Shown in pieces: positions 26,901 to 41,000 of a DNA stretch of 64,000 nt. Positions within the stretch are counted from its first letter, which is position 1, and each line of letters begins with the position of its first letter. The DNA is taken from positions 20,820,767 through 20,884,766 of the forward strand of contig OZ037766.1 in NCBI GenBank assembly GCA_964035545.1, in the 5' to 3' direction. Made by a program: the position numbers and the translations under genes. The DNA is from Bugula neritina (lineage: Eukaryota > Animalia > Bryozoa). The notes beneath the pieces are model-generated. The model worked only from the letters and a program-made list of their open reading frames with translations, searched no databases and was not told the origin of the DNA.

Positions 26901-29900
26901 TAATAGTATATGTAATATGATATCACATGTAATATAATATTATATTACATATAATATTATATGTAATATAGAATTATATTACATATAATATTATATGTAA
27001 TATAATATCACATGTAATATAATATTGTATGCAATATGATATTATATGTAATATAAGCCAGAACCATGAGTAACTAAATCATTTACCCCTGAATGGGATG
27101 TAATGCTCTCTGGGAAAGTTCAATGAAGGTTAGCCAATACTAAGTGTTGTCCCTAGGGCCTAGGCTAATATAGCATTAAAATCTTGTATCTAACTTTTCT
27201 ATCCATTAGATAAATTGCAATTATGTTGATTAAGTTGGTGTAAAGATACTCTGAATTCTAAATCATTAATTTCTGTAAACAATAGAAGAAAAAAGGGTTT
27301 TAGTCTATGAATACACGTGATTTGCAAGTTTCTGTATTATCACGTTAGTAAATAGGGTATATTCATAGTGGTATAGCCTACTATACTGACTATAATAGCT
27401 TATGTCAAGCTGGTTATATTATGAATGGCATATTTTGGTATTTATTTGATGTTAGTGGAGGTTAACCATTTAATTGTTTTACTGTTTGCATTAGCAGTTT
27501 TTATAATTTTACTATTTTGCCCCTTACTAACATATTTATTTACCCTGCAATCTACTTACTCTTAATGTTTTCGAACTTCCCCTCTGCAATATGGAGGTTA
27601 TTGTCTTATTTTCGCCATGTCCAATGTTGTAGGCAGTAAATAAGAGCAAAAAGGCAAAAGAATTTGAACTTTTAATCCAAGAAAATGAAAGTTTTCAGCG
27701 TAAACTTCAGAGTCAGGAGGAAGATTTTAGAATACAGAATGAAACTTTGATGCAAGAGTTGGGCACAGTGAGTTATCTTTCTGTTGGTGCAACTCTACAG
27801 CAGACTAACTGTAGCCCTGTGGTCGGATGTATGAAGTTATCTCCCCCTTTTTTCTATAAATATACGGCTGAAACGCTTCTGAAAAACTAATCCATTATCT
27901 CTAGACTGATAAATTATGAGTATAATTCAAGAATCCATGAAGTAGGCAATTATTGCTTTTGAACAGCTTTATGCAGAAACAGTTCCACATTCATCCCTAG
28001 TCATAGTTAACCAGATGCCCCAACCCTCCCCCTCCCAAGTATTTCTTAAGAATTTTGTACCATTGATTTATAGTGTAATTAGAGAGCAGTCATGGGCTCG
28101 TAGATAGAATGCTGGGCTAGTGAGTGCTAGGTCATGCGTTCGAATCCCTACACGGCTGTTGGTGATGTCAGAAAGGGTATCCGCTCTTGCTTGTGTGCTG
28201 CCAAGGGAAGTCCTCAAACTATGCTGCCCGCAGTTCCTAGATGCTTGAAACTCTCATCATCGTGGGTTTTCACAGGGGTGGAGAGTTTTATTGCATATCT
28301 ACAATGTAGAAATCCAACTCATTTTCAAGCATTTGTTTAGCTGATTTCAAAGAATGAGGAGTTGGAGAAAGCAGTAATCAACCAGGATGCTGTGGACTCC
28401 CCATCTAAACCAACTCCACTTGAAGAAGATACTTCAGAGTTGAAGGAGGAGGTAAGATAACTCTCACTTGATCATATTACATTACTTTTTATTTACTAAA
28501 GTAAATCTTGTTAACCTGGCAATATTAGGCTTTTGCATCTGCAATAACATTAACTTAATTAACGTTGAATCAACAAAGCAAATTAAGAATTCTATCATTT
28601 ATCTCTTGCTTATATCATTGACAACTTGGTATTTGCTAGGTTATTAAATGGTTTAGGTCATTTTCATTGGTGTTATTTTAGGCAGTTTGTCTTCCTGCAT
28701 TGTAGAGTATATTTCCCAATGTGATAAAGTAATAAATATTGTGTTGACTAGAACCGCCAAGTCTTCACTTTTTACTGATACGAAATTAAATTGTGCTAAA
28801 AGACTTTCAAATGAATGTATGGTTAATTTCAACTCACTTTAATTTAGACCTGTTTATATAAAGCTTTACACAGTGATATCTGCAGTTGGTGATTAATAAA
28901 CAGACTTCTTGGTGTATTGTATATACTCAACATGATGCACAGGTGACAAGGTTACGGGCTGAGAATACAGCACTGCAGACGAATATTGGAGAAATCAAAA
29001 GGAAGTTTGAGAATGAACTAAAACTGCTACGTTCTGCTGTGGAAGGAGTAGACATTACAGAGTCAGATCCCAGGTAAACTCCGGTATTAGATAACAGCTT
29101 TAGTATTGCATCATATAAACAGTGCAGGGATAGTTTTTGTTATGTAGCCACATGGTATAACTTTGTGTATTTGTTAACTGTAGTTGTGGTACTGTAATAT
29201 TGTCATAACTATAATGTTGTGGCTAATTCAGCACTTCATAATCAACAGCTCTTTCATTACTCATCATTTACAGCTCAGGTGATAAATCTGACACAGTTTC
29301 TCTAACCAATCTTATTCAAGAGTCAGAGTTGCTCTCTCAATTTAATGGTACGTGCAGTTAGTAGTTACACGGTAATTTTCTTTACTTTGGTGCATACATT
29401 ATTACATGAGTGTGTACGGGAGTTGTCTTCTCTTGTTTGTTAGTTTTATTTTGAATAACAAATTTGTTGCTAATCTGGTATGAATGCTTCAAACTGGTTT
29501 ACCTTATGCTGACATGTTTTACCTTCATATTGTACTAACTAGCAAATAATAGGCGCCCCTGATTTGAGCTGAAACAAATACTCTTTAGATTTAAAGTTGT
29601 CATTGGATACTGAAAAGGCAGAAAACAAACTTCTCCACGACAGAATATCGGAGCTAAAGAGCTCGAGCAGTGCTGACGCTGCCGACCAGCTCCGTGACAA
29701 GCTGAAGAAGAAACAGGTGGGATGGTGAACTCTTCCCGTCCTTTGCTCCAGAGCTAATAGGCTAAATTATTGTAGATTCATTTGTCTCCTGTGCAATTTA
29801 TTCAGTGCAGATGGCTAGCAAGTGTGTTTGTGGAAAAGAATGATTAATTTTAGTAGATTTTTTCTCAAAATTTCATTGGAATTAGTTTCTATTTCAAGGG

Positions 29901-32900
29901 ACACACGTTTCATATAAACAATAGACCATGTAAAACTCAGCCAATCAGCGAAGTGTACCAGGTCAATGTCTTACCATTGTAACTGATATAAAATTCTGCA
30001 AGTTCAATTGCAAAATGCATGCTTCTAAAAGCTAGTTGTGCAACTTTTTTTTCATGCATTATTTAATTTAAAATCTTAAATTGATGACTCTTGAAATGAT
30101 TTTTTAAAATGTCTAAATTAAGTGTTTATAAAATGCAATTAAAAATTGCATGTCTAGAAAAATGACCTGGTACACTTTTGCAACTTAAGGCCAATTATTA
30201 CATAACTGCCAGCTTAGTAGTTATTTGTTGTTGCAGCTTGAATGGGTTATTGTTTAGCATTGGAAGCTTGCAGTAAACATCTGTGAATTTGGTACATGAC
30301 TTTGATTGGCTGGTTTTTGAATGGCCCTTTAGTATATGCATCTGGATGGCTGGGTAGTGTAGACTCCGCCTACATCTAGCTAATGTACAGTAGCCAATCC
30401 ACAGTAGTATTACAAAATTTCTGTTTAACAAATGAAATATTCTGGTCATTTGTTTTGTACTTTACAATAGTAAATATTCTATTCAACTAGAATTTTATTG
30501 TATGTAAGCCATGGGAACTACTAAGAGGTTAAATCAACCACCCATGCTAGTAATATTGTAGCTCACAGTAATAGCAAGTCCACACCATATAAATATACAC
30601 ATAAGCTATTATGTGCACCTTATGAATGCTGAAATGACCCCATTTCTTACCTTCAATTTGAAAAAAATTGTATTACATATTCTGCCACTTCTGCACCAGG
30701 AACTTGTTTTCCTTTTAAATTTTGAAAATAGTAGTCAGTTTCTGCAGCAGTCAACTGCATCCACAATAAACAACGTAAGCTTTCAAATAAACTATAAATA
30801 TATGAAATATTAGTGTGGAAACAATGTAATTTATTCATTGCTATGATGAAAAATTACAAGAATATTATATAAAAGCTAGATATAGATTTCTAGTAAAATG
30901 GCACAGGTAAAAATAACACATTTTTACTTCAAATTCTAAATTTCATCAGTCATCAATAGTGGCTGTAGATTACAGAGAGCACAGCAAACTATCATAATCT
31001 TGTCTAATAGAGGTGCCAACACCAAGTTCACACCTCCAGGACCATTTAAAATATTGAACTCCTTTATTCTTTTGATTGCTCTTTCGACATGGATTCGAAG
31101 GTTAGCAATCAACTTTGTTTGCAGTAACTGCATTTTAGTCATTTGCAAATGGCCTCTTTTCCCAGGTGGTATGGCCAACTTGGCTCCAGCGCCTATAAGT
31201 TCTTTTTCAATAAGAAAGCCTCTATCTGCCATAACCACATCACCTGGGTTTATGAAGTCTAAGAACCCAGAGTCATTCACTACACACTTGTCTGAGGCTC
31301 TACCCCCCATTCCATGCGAAATAAAGCAGATAGTGCCCCTGGGTGTAATTTCAACCAAATAATTGATGGTGTTGGTCTTTTTATACTCACTCCATGTTAA
31401 AGATTGAGCCAGCTTTGATTGAGGCTTGCAAATGAATATTTCTGTGCAGTCTATAATGCACCCAATGTTAGCATATTGGCTTTGAAAGCTCAGGGGGATG
31501 TTCAGCTTCTCTCTTGTTGGAAAAACTATTAAATTGTTTAGTTCTCTTGCTAAAATATCTAATGTGTCTTTGAAGGTTTTGCCTGCTAGCAATCTAGAGA
31601 TATAAAAAAGGCCAGCAAGCATTTGAAACTGTAAACCTTGACGCAGCTTCATCAAAGCCAATAAAAGTTTATCTTGTCCTGTTAACTTTTTTCTGAGTGA
31701 GAACTTTCATCTTCGGACATATAAATCTAAATATAGTAAACAAAGAATGAAAATTAAATTATGATTCAAATTATAATGTATGTGCTAAATAAATTTTGTG
31801 CTTAGTTTGTATTCATTCAGCAGTTTTTACCCTCTGGTAAGTAGCTTCAGTTATATTTTGCAAGAACTATGAAGTTCAAGAACTGATAGTTGAAGGCTTG
31901 ACCCAATATATCACCATCCAAACAGAATGTAATGTGTGTCAACATGTGTTACGTAATACTGTAACAGTACATAATAAGCTAGCTGTCTGAGTACACGCTT
32001 TGAATGGAGTCACGAGTTTAAACAAATACTGTTGACAAACAATTATTACTTCATTTTATAATTATACTATAACTAATTCAAACCCATATTATTTCTAGAA
32101 TAGCATTTAATAATGTTTGTGACTAAGTGAAACTAGTAACAAGTGTAAACCATTTTAGTTTTAAACACTGAGTTAGTTTCAGCTAAAATTTAGATTAGGA
32201 GGCCACTTTTGATAAGCTTTAAAATAACCAAGGAAAATTTAAGTCAAAACAATTTACTTTTCTTGGAGAAAGTGAGTCAATTTGTCCACAAATAAAAGAT
32301 TGCTGCTTGCTTAATAAAAACCCTAAACTAAATAAGTCAAAACATACAGATGACCACTGTGGTATTTATAAATATCTTACATAAAACAACATCTTTAATA
32401 AAAAATGTATGAATGATGCACTCACACTGCAACAAATTTAATTAAAATGACAGTTTTACTACACATCAAATTTAATCAATGTACAAATTTTAGCATAGTG
32501 AGACTTGCATTGTTTATTTGTAATAAACCATAGTCTATCTTTGCAATAAGAAAATCATAATTTTTACCTTGCTAAAAAATAGTATAGAGAACGTGTAGGT
32601 ATTCCAGTATAGAATTTAGTTCGCTCATCTGTAGTGGTGAAAGTTTTAAAAACTTTTACTTTTTCAATAGTTGCTTTTTGTTTAAACGTGGAACTTTTTG
32701 AGCCTTTTCCTCCAACTTTTGATTTTCGTCTATCAATAGAATGTGCAGATCTTTTTTTCTGAGTAGTTGATGATTCTGGTAACTCAGTTACTTCTGATGA
32801 AGTCTGACTATGAGGATGGCTGTCAGATGAGTTCTGTTGCTCTATATCAGCTGACTCTGTTGAAGACGTTTTCTGTTCGCTTCCTTCACATGTTTCATTA

Positions 32901-34966
32901 AAACCACTGTTTTTTGTGCGTCTTACATTATATGCTTTAGTGCGTTGGTAACCCAAATGAAGGGTTGGAGTTGGATTTTGCTCAGAGGGCTGACCATCCT
33001 TATGATTATAATAGTCTGCTATGCTCTCTGGAATCTACAGCCACCATTGGTGACTGATGAAATTTAGAATTTGAAGTAAAAATGTGTTATTTTTACCTGT
33101 GCCATTTTACTAGAAATCTATATCTAGCTTTTATATAATATTCTTGTAATTTTTCATCATAGCAATGAATAAATTACATTGTTTCCACACTAATATTTCA
33201 TATATTTATAGTTTATTTGAAAGCTTACGTTGTTTATTGTGGATGCAGTTGACTGCTGCAGAAACTGACCACTATTTTCAAAATTTAAAAGGAAAACAAG
33301 TTCCTGGTGCAGAAGTGACAGAATATGTAATACAATTTTTTTCAAATTGAAAGTAAGAAATGGGGTCATTTCAGCATTCATAAGGTGCACATAATAGCTT
33401 ATGTGTATATTTATATGGTGTGGACTTGCTATTACTGCGAGCTACAATATTACCAGCATGGGTGGTTGATTTAACCTCTTAGTAGTTCCCATGGCTCACA
33501 TACAATAAAATTCTAGTTGAATAGAATATTTACTATTCACTGCGTTTCCATTATCGCATTATGCGAATGGATTTTTTCATTCGGCTGATGGAAACAGTTA
33601 CATCGAATGAAACCGCAACTAAAAGTTAATGCAAACCACAAACCACAAATAATCCGTACGGGAATTCATTCGCATTATGCGCAGTCATGGAAACGCAGTG
33701 ATTGAAAAGTACAAAACAAATGACCAGAATATTTCATTTGTTAAACAGAAATTTTGTAATACTACTGTGGATTGGCTACTGTATATTAGCTAGATGTAGG
33801 CGGAGTCTACACTACCCAGCCATCCAGATGCATATACTAAAGGCCATTCAAAAACCAGCCAATCAAAGTCATGTACCAAATTCACAGATGTTTACTGCAA
33901 GCTTCCAATGCTAAACAATAACCCATTCAAGCTGCAACAACAAATAACTACTAAGCTGGCAGTTATGTAATAATTGGCCTTAAGTTGCAAAAGTGTACCA
34001 GGTCATTTTTCTAGACATGCAATTTTTAATTGCATTTTATAAACACTTAATTTAGACATTTTAAAAAATCATTTCAAGAGTCATCAATTTAAGATTTTAA
34101 ATTAAATAATGCATGAAAAAAAAGTTGCACAACTAGCTTTTAGAAGCATGCATTTTGCAATTGAACTTGCAGAATTTTATATCAGTTACAATGGTAAGAC
34201 ATTGACCTGGTACACTTCGCTGATTGGCTGAGTTTTACATGGTCTATTGTAAACTATTGTTATAACTAAATTACTAAAGCTATGCATTTTAAATTAAAAA
34301 CAGTGAATAACTAATGAGGTTTTCCAATAATTTCACTGAAGCAAACCTGCGACTGTTCTTTTATAGTTTTTACCTGTAGTTGCCTGGGTAACGTAGTTTT
34401 CGTCTCATTGGATATATGCATGGGTGTTTTATTGTTATTGCATTGCAGTTCCATATTTTTTTGTTCATAAAAATGCTCATCCTATATTCGTGGCACAGAA
34501 TATTCAATTTTAGCTCAACTAAACTAGAACGTATTTTAGGAAAGTTTTGTTACTTTACAAAATGAAAAAGAAAAGCTGTATTCAGAAACTAGCAGCAAAA
34601 TAACCTTTCTTGAAGAGGCACGTCAAAGAGATATCAAAAGTTTCCACCTACAAATAGAAAAACTCAATGAAGATTTAAAGGCAGCTAAAGAGGTACCAAG
34701 TATTTCAGTAACCTACTCTTATGTGATATATGTTATACACTGAGTACCCCTTACTTACTATCTTGTTCTTTGAGTAGTAATAGCTGTTCTAGAGTGGCCA
34801 TATTGATGATAAATTGACATCAACATTTTTTAAAAATTCAACCAATGAAATTTCTTTGTTACTGCAATTTATTGGAGTGAATTTCTTATGCTGTTACTCT
34901 CTGCCCTATAAATGATTTGCATGTTGGAGTTAGGAGTTTTCTACTCCTGTAATTATGTAGAGAATA

Positions 34967-35004
<38 letters not shown>

Positions 35005-38000
35005 CTTTACTGATAATTTCTGTGTTAAATTTAGAGCAAAGTTGAAAACTGTAATACCTGAATTTGTGTAACTGAAATAAAAGTCTGGTGTATGATGATA
35101 GAAGATTAAGCTTGGTTTTTGGTGGGAGGCTAAGTTGTGCAAGGATGGTTTGCTAGTAAAACCAAATTTTAAGAAAAGTTAAGCCAAGTTTAGCCATAAA
35201 TAAGGTTGATGACAAGGTTTACAGTGTAAAATTTTCTCTAAGTTGGACAATCTTGCATTTCCTCATTATAGGAAACCTCCCTTCTAAGAAGTCAACATGA
35301 GCAAAATGTCCTAGAGTTGGAGTCCAACATAAAAGCTTTGAAATCAAAAGTAAGGATTTTCCTTATTTAATATAAACTTTTTTTTAGTAGCATGTCTTGA
35401 TTTAGTGTAACATATAGACAAGTAACGTCTCGGTAAACTCTGCTGCATTGAAACCATAAGGATAAAAAACTGGAAATAACATAAATATAACTAAATATTA
35501 TTATTGATTTTAAAACACTTTTGTTTAGTTGAACATTAACATGTTTTTCCAAACTAATTATAATACAACAAGCGGAACACGGTTAGAAGTCAGATATATA
35601 TGAAATATGACTTGTGTCTCTCGTAGGTGAGTGAAACAAATTTAAGAAATCTGGAGCAAGCGCAGCAGGATGTGCAGAGACTGACGGAGGAGTCACATGT
35701 CCTCAATCAGAGAGTGTCTGCTCTTCAGACGGAGCTCACTGCGTCAACCAATCAAATAGCAAAGAAAGATACAACACTAGCCAATCAACATCAGCAGATC
35801 AATGACCTTCAAACTCAATTAGATAATACTCAAGTGCAGCTGAAAGAGAGAAGTCAGGTACTGAATCCATCCTGTTTATCAATTTAGTCCATAATCAATA
35901 TTCAATACGCCCAATCGTTCTAATTCCATATGTGATCATTTTGTTTCTACTAACATGCTTCACATAAATTATAGTGTTTGACATTGTATGTTTTTGTTCA
36001 TATTTTAAAATATTATCTTTCTTTAAAGCTATTCATCAATGAAAATATTTCTGTATTTTGTATTAGCATTTATATTTTTTTGTATTAATTAAAATTGTAT
36101 TTGGTGACAAGTTGGATTTGTCCCATGAAAGTGTCAGTAAATATTACAAGGAGACTTGTATGGTTTGATGTACATATTGAACATATCCGAGAATTGAGTG
36201 GAATGTTAGTAGTCTAGGTATACTGGGGTTCTAAGTAATAAGAAATATTCCGGATGGTATTAACTAAATGTATTCTATGGTCTCGTGCAGGCGGCAGAGA
36301 AGAGGAAAAAGCTCCTTGATGAACTTGCCATCAAGTCACAGGAAGATAGCGACGGCTACAAGACTAAGCTGAACCAACTTGATGCCTCATACAAACAAGA
36401 GTTAGATAATCTCAAGTCCAAACATAAATCCGAATATACTGAACTGTCATGTCTTCTTGATAGTGAAAAGGTCGGTTCGACTTTGTTAGCATTTAAAAGT
36501 TTGTAATTTATTCTGAATTTTATCGTGTTGAATACTGTTGGACAGAAGTGATGTAATAGAACATTAACATTTAATTGGCATGAATATTCTACTGTAACCT
36601 TCATAACTGTGTAACTGCAGCCTTTATTTTAAGTTTTAAACTTGGCTTTATAAAGTTTAGAGGTTTGGCTTTTCTACCTTCCTGGGTTTTGCAGTGGAAA
36701 GTTTATGTGAACAGATTTCTTAAAGACGTTCAGTCTTGGTGCCTGTACTTGGCTATGTCTGTCTGAATTCACTGTTGACTTTAGTTCTGATGTGATTCTA
36801 GATTAAAGTATCACAATTAGAGAAGTTGAAGCCTGAACTGGACTCCATGACTGAACGTTTCAAGTCGTTGGAAGAAACAAAGAACTGGCTTCAGAGAACT
36901 CTTCAAGATACTGAGGTATTGTGTAGATCTCAATGTTGACACCCTAAGCTTTACTGTTTTATGTTTTATAATCTTCAAGGTCTTGTTTTTTGTTATCTTA
37001 ATGCATTAAGGTTTTAGTAAACCAAAATGGAACAACAGCTCGCATTTACAAGGATTATTTGATTCATGCAATATGCTTCTACATAAAAATTGCGTTAAAC
37101 ATTGAAAGAACTATTTAGCTCTCATGAGACCTTTATTAATGTTTTCAGTCTGTGAGCTTTTTGAGTGCAGGTTTTAAAATATGAATTTTAGCTTTAAATA
37201 TATTATGGTAGTAAATTAACCTTTCTTCTACTTTCGTCGAAGGATAAAATCTCTCACTGAACTAACGAATCAATCTTAACTTGAGATTATTGTTATTAGA
37301 CAGAACTAGAGAAAACCTCCGAGAGCCTCAAAGCTGAGTTGGAAGAGACTAAAACTGCTCACTCTCAGTCTCTCAGTGATATAGAAGCTAGCCATACTCA
37401 ATCACTTCAGGTAGCTACTTGCTTTCTGTTGCACATGCTTTAAATTCATTATTTTTTATTTTATGTATAATTTCTATAGTATTGTATATTGTCACATATT
37501 CATTATTCTAGTTGATGTCACTATTAACTTGTTTGTAGAATAGCTAATCTTTTTGGCAATCTTACCTTTGGCTGCATGCATAGCAAAGCCATCGGAAATT
37601 CTGTGTTCAACTTCTTTTCGATGTTAAATAATATAGTAAACATAGAATTTATAAACATGCTGTGACGCAATGTGGTTTTAATTACTATAAAACATGTTTT
37701 CATTGTATTATATTTGTATTAATGTCTGTAATGTCACTTTCATTCTAAATTAAATTGCGGTTTTATGTGGTTCGGAAAAAATTGGAATACAACTAATTGT
37801 TGTTTTAAATTTTATAAATTTTTTTTGGTGCTAACTATTTTAAATTTTCACAATATTTTTGGGGTATTGCAGGCGCTAGAAGAACAGCTGTCTCAAAAAA
37901 TAGAAGAGATAGCAAAAGTTAGCTCCGAAAAAGAAGCTCTAAATCAAAAAGTAGCAGACAATGTACAAGATATGAAACTACACGAAAAGAAAGGCGCATC

Positions 38001-41000
38001 TTTGGTAAAGTCTTTTATTTCATGTGAATTACAAAGACTTAGTTGATATGTGTGCTGCTTCTTAACTTTTCTCAAAGAGAGTATATCGTAAAATTATCCA
38101 TAATACACATGCGATACAATCTTGTAGTCAAATGGGAACTAATGGTGCATATTTATGCTGTTTGCACATATTCTGTTTTCATTTTTTCGTGATTTATGCC
38201 ACATCATCTATTCACACAGTCAATTCAGCTGTAGACATACTTGCAGATGAGAGATCTCAAGCGTCAATTAGCTCAGGAGCGGAAAAGAGGTGACAGGCTG
38301 GAGCAGAGAATTCAGGAGCTCTCCTCGTCAGAATCTAAAGTTCGCCAACCTTCTGGTACTTTATTATAAAATCTTTTTGCTATAAAATATATTTTTGCTA
38401 AAAATAAGTTGTTATATTCATAAAGATTTTATTAAATTTTGTGTGCAAGTATTAGATGAGGCTGAGGCACATGTTTTGGCTGATACTTTTTATAAACTTT
38501 CACCTGCTTTCTGAGTTATTGTTGCCGCTCACCTTTGCTTGAGTCTGTTCCACCATCGGTTGTTGGACATAGTCCTTTGAGCCGAACCCTTACTCACGTA
38601 GCGCAGCATATAAGGGCTCATTCTATGGCTAAATTCTTAGAAGTAATTATTACTACATATACAATTTTGTTGATCTATGTTGCTTTACCCGAATGCTCAA
38701 AAGACTATGTAATTATTTCAGCTACAAAGGCTGGTTGTTAAATAATGAGACTTTATTCATAACCTAGTTGTAGGAGATAACTGTGTATTTTAATTAAATA
38801 TGTAAATATATGATGTCCGAGTGAGAAAACTTTAGATGTTTTTTAAATTTAAGATAGCCACCAAGCTATGGCTTGGAGCAGAGATCAGTAACGACATTTT
38901 TAGCTGTTAATTCAGCACTTTGTATTGAATGAAAATTCTTGTCTGCATGCCGAAAATGAATCTCTATAAATCGGTAAAAGCTTTTAAATATGACCGGTCA
39001 AAGCGTAAAAGATGTTGCAACATGTTTTAGTTCAAGTAGTCATAAATACAATCCATTACCTAGATGAGTTGCTGTAGATGACATTGCAAGCAGCTCAAAC
39101 TTGTTTTATAGTACAGTACAAAACATGTGTGCAACATTTTATTTATTTTTTTGTGAAAATCACATATTGCCGGGTGTAGATTATCACAAAGCATTGTGTC
39201 TGCTAAAGTAAAAAATAACAAGAAGGAAGAGGATATTTTTTCTCAAAAAATAGTTATTACTGTTGAAAACTTACCTGCAGTTGAGATTTAGTGCCTTCAG
39301 GTTTTACCTATTCTATTCATTCAAGATGTATTGGAGAAGCAAATGTGTTGAAATGACAATGGAGCTGCACCAGAATGGCTCTAGTCATGGCCAACATAGT
39401 TTAACGCTGCTAGAATAGTTTAATGATGCTAGAGTTTGAACGCCTGTGAACGGAAGTGACATAAGTTTTCAAAAAAATATGTGGAAAAATAAACAAATTC
39501 AAGTGTGTAACTGATTTTTACTAAAGCTATGGGTGAAGTCTCATTGCTTGTATTTAAAAATGATTAGTTTATAGTTACTGCGTGTCTGTTATCAAGGGTT
39601 GCACATTTTACAGTCGAGCCATTCTTCCTTCCGATTGATGCCGAGAGGTCATCTATCCGAGCCGATGATGCTAGCTCAGTGTCGTCTTGGAGTGGAACAA
39701 ATACCTTCAGTAATTTGGGAAACTCAAGTTTCACTCGAGACACCAGTGGAACTTCACTTAGAGAGTCAAGTATTTCATCACATCCTGAGGTAATGGAAAA
39801 CGATGTTTTAGTGGCACTGCATTTGGAATTTCTTGAAAACATGACAGTTTTTTGTTTTATTTAGTCAAATTATACTATCGCATTACATTAGATTTCCATT
39901 GATGAGATATAAGTTGTATATGTTCACAGGTTACAGCCTCTCAAAGTGAACACGATCTGTCAAGTCTACTTATCCTTGTTGAGAGTTTGCAGAAAGAAAA
40001 GTCTATGTTATCAGAACGGGTGAGAATATGTTGTGGGGAGTGAATGGGAATATATATGTTTTTAGCATAGGTGATTAGCTGAAAGTATAGTATGTGTTAC
40101 TGTTGAAATATTTTAGTTTGAGTCATGGTTAACATTGCGAGAAATTTTTCATTCAACTCAAATAAAAATTTGGAGCAAATTTCATGTAAAGCCAAAAACT
40201 ATAGCAGATAAAATGATGTCGTTTGGTGATCAAGGTACTTGAGATAATTTTTACAGAGATCAATTCAAGACTAGCACATTGATAGGTCTCAGTCTTACAA
40301 TTCTTGTGCATTGTGAATATTTGAAAAGGATGGTATGTAGTTTGAGGATGTATTGAGTGTTATCATTCACCTGGTTTTGAAAGTACTGATACAAATTATA
40401 AGCTGGCATTGAGTTATTGAGTTTAACTCAAACAGTTGTTGCCTAGGCAGTTGTTTTACTACCTTCATACCTTATCAAGTTACTAGGAAATTACCACCAA
40501 CTTTAATTAAACTCAAAATTATTAGTTAGGGAAAAATATTCCATGTGTTGATAACACTGTGTATTTCATATCATATCTACTGTGTTGCCTCCACTTACTG
40601 TTTCTGTAGGTGAGCATGTTAGAGCAGGGCAACTCTGCCATGGCTGAAGACTTACTCAAGAAGCAATCTATCATAGAGCATTATTCCATGGAAGGGAAAG
40701 GTGTGTACTACTAACTACTAATGTTGAACGGTATCAAGATGAACATTCTGAAGGGTTTAATCATAATAGACAATATTGATATAAAATATGGATTTTTTAA
40801 AGATGTTTTAGTTTATATGGTGCAGGTGTTGTATTTTCAGTAGTTATAAGTTTTAAACTTGCAATGCAATAGCAGATAGTGGAAAGCCAGAAACAGCATT
40901 ATGAAAGCACATTGTTGAAACAACTTCACAAAATAATATGAAATTTGCTTTACTTGATTTTGCTTTGTTTTTGTTATATTTAGTTTAAAGTGAAGGAAGG

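Larger units (their letters stand above)
29923..34245 (-). mobile_element. ISL2EU-type (PIF/Harbinger superfamily) DNA transposon with ~1.1 kb inverted arms, in the GRIPAP1 intron 29717-34539
   Basis: AGACC...GGTCT termini with AT duplications at 29921-22 and 34246-47; the empty site reconstructs as palindromic ACAATTGT. Arms 29923-~31000 and ~33001-34245 are reverse complements. Confidence 0.9.

Noticed and set aside
30198-30838. Paired small ORFs mirrored at 33165-33914
   Set aside because: Incidental ORFs duplicated by the transposon's inverted arms.
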